This document shows, one piece after another, positions 1 through 8,839 of a DNA stretch of 35,931 nt. Source of the DNA: Candidatus Omnitrophota bacterium (GTDB lineage Bacteria; Omnitrophota; Gorgyraeia; B26-G9); assembly GCA_028718845.1 (NCBI GenBank), contig JAQULA010000001.1, positions 1 through 35,931 on the forward strand, given 5' to 3'. The position numbers and the translations under genes are program-made. Below the pieces are notes generated by a model that searched no databases, was not told the origin of the DNA, and saw nothing but the letters and a program-made list of their open reading frames with translations. Each line of letters opens with the position of its first letter. Position 1 is the stretch's first letter.

Positions 1-2
1 AG

Positions 3-962
3 GTCCTGCAAACCATGAACGAGGTTTTGTCCGGGTTTAAGCCGGATATGATTGTGGTTTCGGTTTCACGCAATGATTTTTATCATCTGGACGCGGTGTT
101 GTGCAACTATGAACTGGCGTTTTTAAGCGTGAAGCACAAGATCCGGCTTTCGCGGCTGAAAATCCTGAAGCTTTTCGGTATTATTTTTGAGAATATCAAA
201 GCCGCGGCCGTCCCGGCCCCGTCCGATAGAAATCTCCGCGGGCTTGAAGCAACGCTGGCCAAGGCCAGGCAATTAAAGATCGATAAGGAATACGAAAAGG
301 CCGTCACGCTTTTATCGGGGATGTTTTACTTTTATCCGGACAACCCGATTCTGCAGGAGGAATTGGCCGACGCCTGTATCCAATATAATGATATCGACGC
401 CTCGATACGTTGTTATACCGCTTTGCTGAAACGTTTTCCGGAAAATATATACCTGCAGGGCCGGTTAAGCGATTGTTACCGTCATCAGGCCGGGGAATAT
501 TTTCTGAATAACCAGCTCGATAAATCGATACGATCGTATCAGCAGGCTTTTTTGTTTAATCCCGGCGATACTCCCCTGGATTCGCGGACTTATTATGCCG
601 CGGTTTTTTTAAAGGCCGAGGAGCGCAATCGCAAAAGTAACACCGCGGCTTACGGCCGAAAACAAACCCTGCGGACGACGTTGAAGAATTTTGAACAAAT
701 GGCGTTGATCTGCCGGAAAAACAATATCGCGCTGATATTTTCCGGGTACCCGGACGCGGTACCTTACGCGATGCGAAATGCCTCGGATACTTACGGCGTT
801 CCGCTGGTCGATCATCGGGAGGATTTTAAAGCACTTCTTCGGATATACCCGGTTAAAAAGCTGTTTGTTTCCCGGGGGGATTCCCATTGCACCCAATGGG
901 GATACCGGGTTATGGCCGAAAATATAGCGGAAGCGGTCTTAAAGCTGAAAAACAGGGACTGA
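3..962 (+). CDS. SGNH/GDSL-like hydrolase-fold protein with internal TPR-like segment (5' end cut by window edge)
   Basis: The frame is open from base 3, with no stop upstream of the Met at 15. KPDMIVVSVSRNDF resembles SGNH block III and C-terminal GDSHCTQWGYRVMAENIA resembles block V. Block I is absent, so the gene likely continues upstream. The central part has TPR-like helices. Stop TGA at 960-962. Confidence 0.5.
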   Translation, partial: VLQTMNEVLSGFKPDMIVVSVSRNDFYHLDAVLCNYELAFLSVKHKIRLSRLKILKLFGIIFENIKAAAVPAPSDRNLRGLEATLAKARQLKIDKEYEKAVTLLSGMFYFYPDNPILQEELADACIQYNDIDASIRCYTALLKRFPENIYLQGRLSDCYRHQAGEYFLNNQLDKSIRSYQQAFLFNPGDTPLDSRTYYAAVFLKAEERNRKSNTAAYGRKQTLRTTLKNFEQMALICRKNNIALIFSGYPDAVPYAMRNASDTYGVPLVDHREDFKALLRIYPVKKLFVSRGDSHCTQWGYRVMAENIAEAVLKLKNRD

Positions 963-994
963 GCGGTTCCTAAACCCTTTATGCGGCTGTTGCC

Positions 995-1023
995 TTGCTA
1001 ACTTTCCGCGTTTATGCTATCAT
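995..1023 (+). promoter_or_regulatory. candidate sigma70-type promoter (TTGCTA-17 nt-TATCAT)
   Basis: TTGCTA at 995-1000 and TATCAT at 1018-1023 with a 17-nt spacer. It lies only about 10 nt before the ATG at 1033, implying a very short or absent leader. Confidence 0.3.
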
Positions 1024-1032
1024 AATGTCTCT

Positions 1033-2154
1033 ATGAAGCGTATCCTTTTGCTGTATATATCCAATAATTCCGGGCACCATCGCGCGATAAAGGCGATCGA
1101 TGAAGCCTTGCATTCCGAGATTCCCGGGATCAGGACTCTGAGCATCAATTCGTTCAATTATACCAATCCGATCCTGGAAAAAGTCATAAACAGTGTCTAC
1201 AACAAGGTTATTAAGACTAAACCCGAGGTCTGGGAATATCTCTACGATAACCCCAAAATAGTACGGCGAACCCGGAAAGTACGTAAACTGATTCATAAGT
1301 TCAATTCCGGAAAGCTCAAAAAATTGCTCAAGAATTTTAAGCCGGACGCGGTTATCTGTTCGCAGGCGTTTCCCTGCGGGATGATCGCCGACCTGAAAAA
1401 GACCTACAATCTCGATTTCCCGCTGGTCGGCGTATTGACCGACTATGCGCCGCATTCTTACTGGATGTATGACAATGTCGACGCTTATATTGTCCCGAGC
1501 GAGCAGACCAAAGACCGTTTTATCCGGAATAATATCAAGGAAACCCGGGTTTTTCCGTTCGGTATCCCGATCAGCCCCGGTTTTTCCGAGTCCTGCGGCA
1601 AAGAGGCGGCATTGCGGCATTTGCGCCTGGAAAACGACGTGCCGACGGTATTGATAATGGGCGGGGGGCAGGGATTGGGGCCGATTGAAGAACTGATCTT
1701 TGCCATTAACACGCTTACGATTCCGTTCCAGGTTATTGTGGTGTGCGGAATGAACAATAAACTGAGGAAATGGCTGGAAAAAAGACGCCTGTTGTTCCGG
1801 AAAAAAATGGCTATTCTGGGATACACCCGGGATGTGAATATGCTTATGGACGCGGCGGATCTGATTGTTTCCAAACCCGGGGGGTTGACCACCGCGGAAT
1901 CGTTAACCAAATGCCTGCCGATCGTGATTGTCAATCCGATCCCCGGACAGGAAGCGAAAAATACCGAATTTCTGCTCAGCGAAGGGGTTGCGGTAAAGGC
2001 CCGGAACCCTCTTGATGCCGCCGGGTTGATTGAAGAATTGTTGTCCGATACGGAACGGTTGAAACAGATGAAGACCGCAGCAGCAAAACATGCGCGCCCG
2101 CAGGCGGCAATAAAAATCGCGCAGCTCGTGTCTAATCTCATGCAGCGAAAGTGA
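1033..2154 (+). CDS. MGDG-synthase-like / UgtP-like diacylglycerol glycosyltransferase (GT28 family)
   Basis: The N-terminus MKRILLLYISNNSGHHRAIKAIDEAL is typical of the MGDG_synth/UgtP family. The C-terminal half (GGGQGLGP, SKPGGLTTAES, IPGQEAKN) matches the GT-B donor-binding half of MurG/UgtP-type enzymes. Confidence 0.8.
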   Translation: MKRILLLYISNNSGHHRAIKAIDEALHSEIPGIRTLSINSFNYTNPILEKVINSVYNKVIKTKPEVWEYLYDNPKIVRRTRKVRKLIHKFNSGKLKKLLKNFKPDAVICSQAFPCGMIADLKKTYNLDFPLVGVLTDYAPHSYWMYDNVDAYIVPSEQTKDRFIRNNIKETRVFPFGIPISPGFSESCGKEAALRHLRLENDVPTVLIMGGGQGLGPIEELIFAINTLTIPFQVIVVCGMNNKLRKWLEKRRLLFRKKMAILGYTRDVNMLMDAADLIVSKPGGLTTAESLTKCLPIVIVNPIPGQEAKNTEFLLSEGVAVKARNPLDAAGLIEELLSDTERLKQMKTAAAKHARPQAAIKIAQLVSNLMQRK

Positions 2155-2157
2155 TCA

Positions 2158-3039
2158 ATGATGATGTACGGTTTATATCGAGCCGGCCAATGGCTGGCCC
2201 TATGCTTGCCGCGTTCGCTGGCGTACCGGCTGGGGGTTTTTTTTACCGGGTTTAAGTTTTTTTTCTGCCGGGAAGAACGCCGCACGATGCTCAGCAGTCT
2301 GCGCGTGATTACCGGCAAGGATGATCGCTTCCTGCGGAAGTATCCCCGTCAGATTTATGCTAATTTCGGCCGCTATCTGGTTGATTTCTTCCGCGCGGAA
2401 AAGATCGACCGGCGGTTCGTCGATAAATTTATCCGGATCAAAAATCTGGAATATATGGATGAAGCCCTGGGCAAAGGGAACGGCGCGCTGGGGCTTACCG
2501 CGCATATCGGCAACTGGGAATTATGCGCGCAGGTGATGGCGATACTCGGTTACAAGATGAACGCGATTGCCCTGACCCACCAGGATAAACGGGTCGACGA
2601 ATTTTTTATCGCGCAAAGAAAAGGCAAAGGGGTCAAGGTTATTCCGGTAGGGGTCAGTGTCCGGCAATGTTTCGCGGCGCTAAAACGCAATGAAATTGTC
2701 GGTATCCTGGGCGACCGTGATTTTTCCGGCGAACACGGGATTACGGTCGGATTTTTCGGTAAATCCATGCTTGCCCCGCGCGGGGCGGCGCTGTTGAGCC
2801 TGCGAACCGGCGCGGCGATTGTGCCGGCATTTGTTATCCGGGATGAACGCAATCCGTTATATTTTACCTATAGCTTCGAAAAACCGATTTATCCGGAGCA
2901 TACCGGTAATGAAGAAAACGACATCCGGACGATCACCGAAAAATATATCAAGGTTATCGAGAAATATGTACGGCAATATCCTAAGCAATGGTTTATGTTT
3001 CATGAGTTTTGGAAACCAGCCAAAACTCAGGTACTCTGA
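2158..3039 (+). CDS. LpxL/HtrB-family lipid acyltransferase (lysophospholipid / lipid A-type acyltransferase)
   Basis: It has an N-terminal membrane anchor and the catalytic HIGNWE (HX4D/E) motif in LTAHIGNWELCAQ. The C-terminal QYPKQWFMFHEFW is typical of the Lip_A_acyltrans family. Confidence 0.8.
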   Translation: MMMYGLYRAGQWLALCLPRSLAYRLGVFFTGFKFFFCREERRTMLSSLRVITGKDDRFLRKYPRQIYANFGRYLVDFFRAEKIDRRFVDKFIRIKNLEYMDEALGKGNGALGLTAHIGNWELCAQVMAILGYKMNAIALTHQDKRVDEFFIAQRKGKGVKVIPVGVSVRQCFAALKRNEIVGILGDRDFSGEHGITVGFFGKSMLAPRGAALLSLRTGAAIVPAFVIRDERNPLYFTYSFEKPIYPEHTGNEENDIRTITEKYIKVIEKYVRQYPKQWFMFHEFWKPAKTQVL

Positions 3040-3089
3040 CCTGCGGCAGTTATCCGGGAGATCCGTTTTTCCGATGAGATGAGGGGCGC

Positions 3090-3758
3090 ATGAAAATATG
3101 TGTATTATTCCCGGCATATAACGAAGTCAGGACAATTGCCGGTCTTGTCCGGGAGGTCCGGGGCAAAGGATTGGATGCGGTTGTGGTCGACGACGGCTCC
3201 GCGGATGCTACGGCGCGAACCGCTGAAGGCGCGGGCGCAATTGTCATTCGCCACGAAAAAAACAGCGGTAAAGGCCAGGCCCTGCGCACCGGGTTCGCGT
3301 ATATAACCGGCCGCGATTATGACGGCGCGATCATCATGGATGCCGACGGCCAGCATTTAGCGCGCGAGATCGACGTGTTTATCGAACGGGCAAAACTTTC
3401 TCCGGCGGGCATCATTATCGGCAATCGCATGCATTGCCCCGCGGGTATGCCGTTTGTGCGCCGGATAACCAATATTATAACCAGCCGTACGGTGTCGCTG
3501 CTGGCCGGGTGCGATATCCCGGACACGCAATGCGGATACCGGTTTATCCGGTCCGGGGTGTTGAAATCATTACGGCTATCAACGGATAAATATGAGACCG
3601 AATCGGAAATTTTAATCGAGGCCGCGCGGCATCATGTCGCGATAGAATCGATTCCGGTTACCAGTATCTACGCCGATCAGAAGAGTCAAATCCATCCTGT
3701 TATCGATACAATCCGGTTTTGGAGATTGATCTTCCGAAGTATAGCGGGAAAAAAATAA
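3090..3758 (+). CDS. family 2 glycosyltransferase (polyprenol-phosphate sugar transferase-like)
   Basis: MKICVLFPAYNE, VVVDDGSAD, NSGKGQALRTG and IMDADGQH are classical GT2 (DPM1/ArnC-like) motifs. RBS-like GAGGGG lies upstream. Confidence 0.8.
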   Translation: MKICVLFPAYNEVRTIAGLVREVRGKGLDAVVVDDGSADATARTAEGAGAIVIRHEKNSGKGQALRTGFAYITGRDYDGAIIMDADGQHLAREIDVFIERAKLSPAGIIIGNRMHCPAGMPFVRRITNIITSRTVSLLAGCDIPDTQCGYRFIRSGVLKSLRLSTDKYETESEILIEAARHHVAIESIPVTSIYADQKSQIHPVIDTIRFWRLIFRSIAGKK

Positions 3759-3759
3759 C

Positions 3760-4410
3760 GTGAATTTCGATGCCTTACGAAAATCAATGATTGACCTCCA
3801 GATCAGGGGCCGCGGCATACACGACAGCCGTGTGCTTGCGGCTATGGAGCGGGTCCATCGGCATGAGTTTGTCGCCGCTGAACTGGCTTCTTCGGCTTAC
3901 GAGGATTGTCCGCTTCCCATCGGCAGCGGGCAGACGATTTCGCAGCCGTATATGGTCGCGCTGATGAGTGAATTACTGGCGCTGCAGGGCGATGAGCGGG
4001 TTCTGGAGATCGGCACCGGCAGCGGGTATCAAACCGCGATTTTGGCCCAATTGTGCCGGGAAGTGTATTCGGTGGAACGTATCCCTCGCCTGGCGGTTGC
4101 GGCCCAGGAGCATTTACAGCGTTGTGGTTATGAAAATACGCGGGTATATACCGGCGACGGCACTATCGGGCTGGCCGAATTCCAGCCCTATGACCGGATC
4201 ATAGTAACCGCCGGCGCTCCGGCCCTGCCGCAGACATTGGCGGACCAATTAAACCCGGGTGGCAGATTAGTTATTCCGATCGGAGACCGTTTTCTGCAGA
4301 AACTGATGGTAGTGGAAAAACATGGTCCGGAAATTGTTCAACAAGAAGTTTGCGGATGTGTTTTTGTTCCGCTGCTGGGAAAGGAAGGATGGAAAGTGTA
4401 CAATGAATGA
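3760..4410 (+). CDS. pcm: protein-L-isoaspartate O-methyltransferase
   Basis: GQTISQPYMVALM, the SAM-binding LEIGTGSGYQTAILA, and IIVTAGAP...LVIPIG. GTG start immediately after the upstream stop. Confidence 0.9.
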   Translation: MNFDALRKSMIDLQIRGRGIHDSRVLAAMERVHRHEFVAAELASSAYEDCPLPIGSGQTISQPYMVALMSELLALQGDERVLEIGTGSGYQTAILAQLCREVYSVERIPRLAVAAQEHLQRCGYENTRVYTGDGTIGLAEFQPYDRIIVTAGAPALPQTLADQLNPGGRLVIPIGDRFLQKLMVVEKHGPEIVQQEVCGCVFVPLLGKEGWKVYNE

Positions 4411-4897
4411 CGCGCTGGTAAAATTTTTCAGTGCTTTACCCCCGGAATGGGTGGTGGTGGTCATTGCCGCGCTGCCGGTTTCCGAACTGCGCGGAGCGAT
4501 TCCCACCGGAATTTTATACGGGATGCCGCCGCTTAAGGTATTTCTGCTGTCGATAGCCGGTAACATGCTGCCGATCCTGCCGTTATTGTATTTTTTAGAG
4601 CCGGTATCGGTGAAATTGCGGAGCGTCGGTATCTGTAAGAAATTTTTTGACTGGTTGTTCGAACATACGAAGAAGAAATCCGAACTTATCGAAAAATACG
4701 AATTACTCGGCCTGATGCTGTTTGTCGCGGTACCTCTGCCGATGACCGGGGCCTGGACCGGCAGTATTGCCGCGTCATTATTCGGCTTGGATAAAAAACG
4801 TTCATTTTGGGCCGTGGGTGCCGGGGTGGTTATTGCCGCGGTGGTGGTTACGGCGCTGACGCTGTGCGCCAGGGGATTTTTTACGCATGCAGGATAA
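4403..4897 (+). CDS. small membrane protein, COG2426 / putative small multidrug export-like family
   Basis: I use the internal ATG at 4403 (MNDALVKFF...), which overlaps the pcm stop by 8 nt. The tracked 4322 start would overlap the pcm coding sequence. LPVSELRGAIPTGI plus four hydrophobic segments fit this family. Confidence 0.6.
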   Translation: MNDALVKFFSALPPEWVVVVIAALPVSELRGAIPTGILYGMPPLKVFLLSIAGNMLPILPLLYFLEPVSVKLRSVGICKKFFDWLFEHTKKKSELIEKYELLGLMLFVAVPLPMTGAWTGSIAASLFGLDKKRSFWAVGAGVVIAAVVVTALTLCARGFFTHAG

Positions 4898-6914
4898 CCG
4901 GTTTGTCCAAGTCGCGGTGAATTTGCCGCTGAAAGATGTGTTCGACTATGCGGTGCCGGAGCCGATGCGGCAAACTGTGGCCATCGGGAAACGCGTTTGG
5001 GTCCCTTTCCGCAACCGCACCATGGTCGGGTACATTGTTGCCGTTCTCGACCGTACCGATATTCCGGGCATTCGCGATATTAAAGAAGTTATCGATAATG
5101 AACCGCTGTTGTCGGCGGAAATGCTGTCCTTGACGCGGTGGATGTCGGAATATTATTTTTGCTCCTGGGGTGAAGCGATCGAAGCGGCGATTGCCGGGCC
5201 GTTCAAGCACGGCAAAACCACGGTGCGGGTGCGCGGTACGCCGGATTCGCTGCCGCGGGTTCCGGCCGGGGGGAAAGCCGCGGATAATATTCTGACCGAG
5301 CATCAGAATAAAGCATTGACGGCGATACTTCCGTTTGTGCGTGAAGGCAAGTTCGGCGTGTTTTTGCTGCACGGTATTACCGCCAGCGGTAAGACCGAGG
5401 TGTATTTCGGCGCGATCGACGCGGTACTGGCGCAGGGCAAAGAGGCCATTGTCCTGGTCCCGGAAATCGCGCTGACCCCGCAGACATTGCAATGGTTTAC
5501 CGAACGCTACGGCAAAGAAAAGATCGCGGTGATTCACAGCCGTTTGAATAAAAGTGAAAAATTCGTGGAATGGCAGCGGATCAAAACCGGAGAAGTGAAG
5601 ATCGTTATCGGACCGCGTTCGGCTATTTTCAGCCCGCTGAAAAATCTCGGTCTGATCGTTGTCGATGAAGAGCATGAAAATACTTACAAACAGGAAGATG
5701 TGCCTCGCTATCATCTGGTGACTGCCGCGATGCAGCGCGGCCGGCTGGATAACGGCGTGGTGATACTGGGCAGCGCTACTCCTTCTTTGGAATCGACCTA
5801 TGCCGCGCGCCGGGGGGAGATTTCATTCATCGAACTTCCCGAACGTATCCAGGGCCGGGAGCTGCCGTCGGTGCAGGTGGTGGATATGCGTGAACAGCGT
5901 CGTCCGGGAAAGCGCGCGGTGGTCATATCCAAGCCCTTGGAAGACGCGGTCGGCCGCTGCCTGGCGAAAAAAGAACAGGTAATACTTTTTCTGAACCGCC
6001 GCGGATTTTCCACGTTCGTCAATTGCTCCAAATGCGGCTATGTGATGCAATGCCCGCGCTGCAGCGTGGCCCTGGTATTTCATTTTGACCAATCCCAAAT
6101 GCAGTGCCACCATTGCGGTTATCACAGCACGGCGCCGCAGGTGTGCCCGGAATGCCAGGCGGATTATATCCGCTATTTCGGTGCCGGCACGCAGAAAGTG
6201 GAAAGTGAACTGCATCGTTTGTTTCCCCAGGCCAGGATCAGCCGCATGGATTCCGACGCGCTTAAGACCAAAACCGCGCATTTCGACATTTTTGATGACG
6301 TAAAAAGCGGCAAGGTCGATATTTTGGTCGGCACACAGATGCTGGCCAAAGGCCTGGACTTTCCCAATGTGACCTTGGTTGGAGTCATTGCCGCGGATGT
6401 TACCCTGAATCTCCCGGATTTTCGCGCGTCCGAACGGACGTTTTCATTGCTGACCCAGGTTGCCGGCCGGGCCGGCCGCGGCGCTGTCGAAGGCCGGGTG
6501 ATCATCCAGACCTATACTCCGGATCATTACGCGATCCAATGCGCGATCAGCCACGACTACAATAGTTTTTATGAACAGGAAATGGTGTTTCGGAAACAAC
6601 TCAATCTGCCTCCGTGCACCCATATGGCCAGCCTGGTCCTGCGCTCGAAAAGCGAGGCGCTGGTGGGCACTGCCGCGGAAAAATTAGCGGCATTACTTAA
6701 GAGCGAGAGCGCCAAGCGTAACATTTCATTCGACATGATCGGTCCGGCGCCGATGTCGGTTTTTAAACTTCGCGGTTATTGCCGTTGGATGATCCTGATC
6801 AAAAGCAGCGATGTCCTGCAGGCCAATGCGTTATTGAAAGCCTGTCTGCAGACCTGGCGAACCCCGGCCAAAGTAAAACTCGCGGTCGATGTCGACCCGC
6901 TGGCGGTGATGTGA
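4887..6914 (+). CDS. priA: primosomal protein N' (replication restart helicase PriA)
   Basis: N-terminal 3'-DNA-binding domain (VAVNLPLKDVFDYAVP), Walker A GITASGKTE, DEEH box, the Cys-rich zinc region CSKCGY..CPRC..CHHCGY..CPEC, and GTQMLAKGLDFPNVTLV. Confidence 0.95.
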   Translation: MQDNRFVQVAVNLPLKDVFDYAVPEPMRQTVAIGKRVWVPFRNRTMVGYIVAVLDRTDIPGIRDIKEVIDNEPLLSAEMLSLTRWMSEYYFCSWGEAIEAAIAGPFKHGKTTVRVRGTPDSLPRVPAGGKAADNILTEHQNKALTAILPFVREGKFGVFLLHGITASGKTEVYFGAIDAVLAQGKEAIVLVPEIALTPQTLQWFTERYGKEKIAVIHSRLNKSEKFVEWQRIKTGEVKIVIGPRSAIFSPLKNLGLIVVDEEHENTYKQEDVPRYHLVTAAMQRGRLDNGVVILGSATPSLESTYAARRGEISFIELPERIQGRELPSVQVVDMREQRRPGKRAVVISKPLEDAVGRCLAKKEQVILFLNRRGFSTFVNCSKCGYVMQCPRCSVALVFHFDQSQMQCHHCGYHSTAPQVCPECQADYIRYFGAGTQKVESELHRLFPQARISRMDSDALKTKTAHFDIFDDVKSGKVDILVGTQMLAKGLDFPNVTLVGVIAADVTLNLPDFRASERTFSLLTQVAGRAGRGAVEGRVIIQTYTPDHYAIQCAISHDYNSFYEQEMVFRKQLNLPPCTHMASLVLRSKSEALVGTAAEKLAALLKSESAKRNISFDMIGPAPMSVFKLRGYCRWMILIKSSDVLQANALLKACLQTWRTPAKVKLAVDVDPLAVM

Positions 6915-7001
6915 TTTCAAAAACCGAAGGACTAAGACGAAAAAGCTGGCTGTAACGTAATTATTATAAAAAGATTAAGGATAAAAGATTAAAAAATTAA
7001 T

Positions 7002-7029
7002 TTGACAAAAAAACAAGCGGTGTTAATAT
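7002..7029 (+). promoter_or_regulatory. near-consensus sigma70 promoter (TTGACA-16 nt-TAATAT)
   Basis: TTGACA at 7002-7007 and TAATAT at 7024-7029, in an AT-rich intergenic region after priA. In such an AT-rich context this could be a chance match. Confidence 0.4.
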
Positions 7030-7087
7030 GGATTCATAACGTATTGTTTAACTATGGATTACATAAAAGGATGGTTTTCGGTGAAAG

Positions 7088-7120
7088 GCCAGGGAAGGAA
7101 GTCCCTGGCTTTTATTGTTT
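7088..7120 (+). terminator. rho-independent terminator-like hairpin (priA terminator and/or leader attenuator)
   Basis: An 8-bp stem (GCCAGGGA 7088-7095 pairing with TCCCTGGC 7102-7109) with a 6-nt loop, followed by TTTTATTGTTT. Confidence 0.5.
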
Positions 7121-7153
7121 CCGGTAATTGGACATAACTATGTTAGGATAATC

Positions 7154-8821
7154 ATGTTCAATAGATACAAAGACTTAGTTAAAAGCGATGCTTTGATTTT
7201 AAGCATCGTTTTTTTATGGTTTTCAAGCCTAGTATATTTTAATCCACGGCTATTTTCTTTACTGATCGGGAAAGAACCTTGGGCGGCCAAAATATCCGTT
7301 ATTATATTCATTTTGACCCTTAATGCAATGTGGCTTTACGCGTTTTATCACGGAATATACGTTGTTTTCTCTTTCTTTTATCGTTCTAAACCTTTTTCGG
7401 AAAATATATTAGACAAAGGGTGTTCCCCGCCGGTGGCAGTGCTTTATCTTACCAAAAACGATTTTAACGAAACCGCGTGCCGAAGTTGTCTGGATCAAGA
7501 TTATACGCCGATGTGTTTAATTATTTGTGATGACGGCGATGATGCCGAGATCAAGAAAAAGATAGATACGTTTGCCGGAGAAAATCAAGAGAAGGTGCGG
7601 GTTATTCGCCGGAAGATAAAAAAAGGATATAAAGCAGGCAATATAAATCATGCTTTAAAGTCTCTTGATGTAAAATACAGCTATGTTTTAATTATGGATG
7701 CGGATGGAATGCTTCCGAAGGATTTTTTGCGTTCGCTGATGCCGTATTTTAACCGCAATCCCAAAATCGCGTTTGTGCAGGCTATGCAGAAAAGTTTGCC
7801 GGACCAAAAAGGAGATTTGGGAAATGATTTAAAGTCAATGGTGGATATCCATTGGCGTTATTACGTATCGTTGAAAAATAGATTTGGTTTTGTTATGTGG
7901 TACGGTCATGGGGCGGTTTTGAAAAGGCAGATTATCGAAGAACTGAGAGGCATCCCGGAAGTTGTAACCGAAGATCTCGCGTTTTCATCGGAAGTCCGGC
8001 GTTTAGGCTATTATGGAATTGTGGCTGAAAATGTTTTCTGTGGAGAGGAATTCCCGCGGACTCTTACGCAATACCGCAAGCGTAACCGGAAATGGGTGAG
8101 GGGAACCTGTGAATATTTATTAAAATTTTTTCCGAAGTTATTACAGGATCCAGCGGTTCATTGGTTTGAGAAAGCGGATGTGTTTATTTCCGCTTTTGCC
8201 CTGCTGCAGGCTTTGCCGTTTTTGATATTTGTTCTGGTCGCAAGTTCGATAATTCCTTATTTTTATGCCCGGTTTCAGATGCAAGGGCCGTTGTTTCTGG
8301 TGCCGCCGTTATTTTACGGCGGGTGGATGGATGTCATTTTAAAAACACGTTACAATGTTTTTTGGGTCTGGGATTTTTATCTGATCATGTTTATCGTAAT
8401 TTTTTTTCCGCTTTTGCCTGCCGTTCAGTTGTTTTGGAAGGATAAAAAGCAGATGCTGCGTTATATAGCGTTGGCTGCTTTTGTGCATCTTTCGATTCTG
8501 CTGGATTCAGCCAAAGAAATGATCTTGTTTTTATCTACCGGAAAAACTTTTTTCCCGGTAACCAATAATTACCGGGATAACCAAGACGCTCTGGGGTGGT
8601 TGTTGTTCGAGTTTCTCAGCGGAGCATTTATGCTTGTTTGCGCAGTGAAAACCGCTAATTTGTGGTTGGTTTCATTGGGGGTATCGTTTATGGTGACGAT
8701 ACTGCTTGCTTTAAAAATGCACACGGCAGTTATAAGAAAGCTTATGTACATCCCGTTTTCGGTGACCGTGCTGATCATGTTTTTTATTGGGATGACAATT
8801 GTGAAGAATTTTAAACTATAG
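7154..8821 (+). CDS. membrane-embedded processive family 2 glycosyltransferase (OpgH/BcsA-like glycan synthase)
   Basis: Start moved to ATG 7154 (AGGA RBS 5 nt upstream). Motifs are ICDDGDD, IMDADG, VVTEDLAF and PRTLTQYRKRNRKWVRG (a QxxRW-type motif; compare OpgH PPTLxxxxKRDRRW as I recall it). There are N-terminal and multiple C-terminal TM helices. The gene is AT-rich. Confidence 0.75.
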   Translation: MFNRYKDLVKSDALILSIVFLWFSSLVYFNPRLFSLLIGKEPWAAKISVIIFILTLNAMWLYAFYHGIYVVFSFFYRSKPFSENILDKGCSPPVAVLYLTKNDFNETACRSCLDQDYTPMCLIICDDGDDAEIKKKIDTFAGENQEKVRVIRRKIKKGYKAGNINHALKSLDVKYSYVLIMDADGMLPKDFLRSLMPYFNRNPKIAFVQAMQKSLPDQKGDLGNDLKSMVDIHWRYYVSLKNRFGFVMWYGHGAVLKRQIIEELRGIPEVVTEDLAFSSEVRRLGYYGIVAENVFCGEEFPRTLTQYRKRNRKWVRGTCEYLLKFFPKLLQDPAVHWFEKADVFISAFALLQALPFLIFVLVASSIIPYFYARFQMQGPLFLVPPLFYGGWMDVILKTRYNVFWVWDFYLIMFIVIFFPLLPAVQLFWKDKKQMLRYIALAAFVHLSILLDSAKEMILFLSTGKTFFPVTNNYRDNQDALGWLLFEFLSGAFMLVCAVKTANLWLVSLGVSFMVTILLALKMHTAVIRKLMYIPFSVTVLIMFFIGMTIVKNFKL

Positions 8822-8839
8822 TTAGAAAGGAGTGCGTGT

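Noticed and set aside
1012-2318. Long - strand ORFs (1012-1620, 1485-2318) opposite the GT28 gene
   Set aside because: They lie entirely within a + strand gene that has clear family motifs. Their translations are Arg/Pro/Ser/Gly-rich low-complexity sequence typical of antisense frames, with no recognisable domains.
4322-4402. Upstream extension of the small membrane protein ORF
   Set aside because: It would overlap the conserved C-terminus of pcm in another frame. ATG 4403 gives the family-typical N-terminus.
4881-6505. - strand ORFs 4881-5714, 5823-6281 and 6173-6505 opposite priA
   Set aside because: They are antisense to an unambiguous priA, and their Arg-rich composition gives no motif support.
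6924-6946. Similarity between GGACTAAGACGAAAAAGC (after priA) and GGACTAGGACGAAGGACGCAAAAGC (about 29789-29813, after the NUDIX gene) as a dispersed intergenic element
   Set aside because: There are only two short, imperfect copies. That is too little to distinguish from chance without a genome-wide search.
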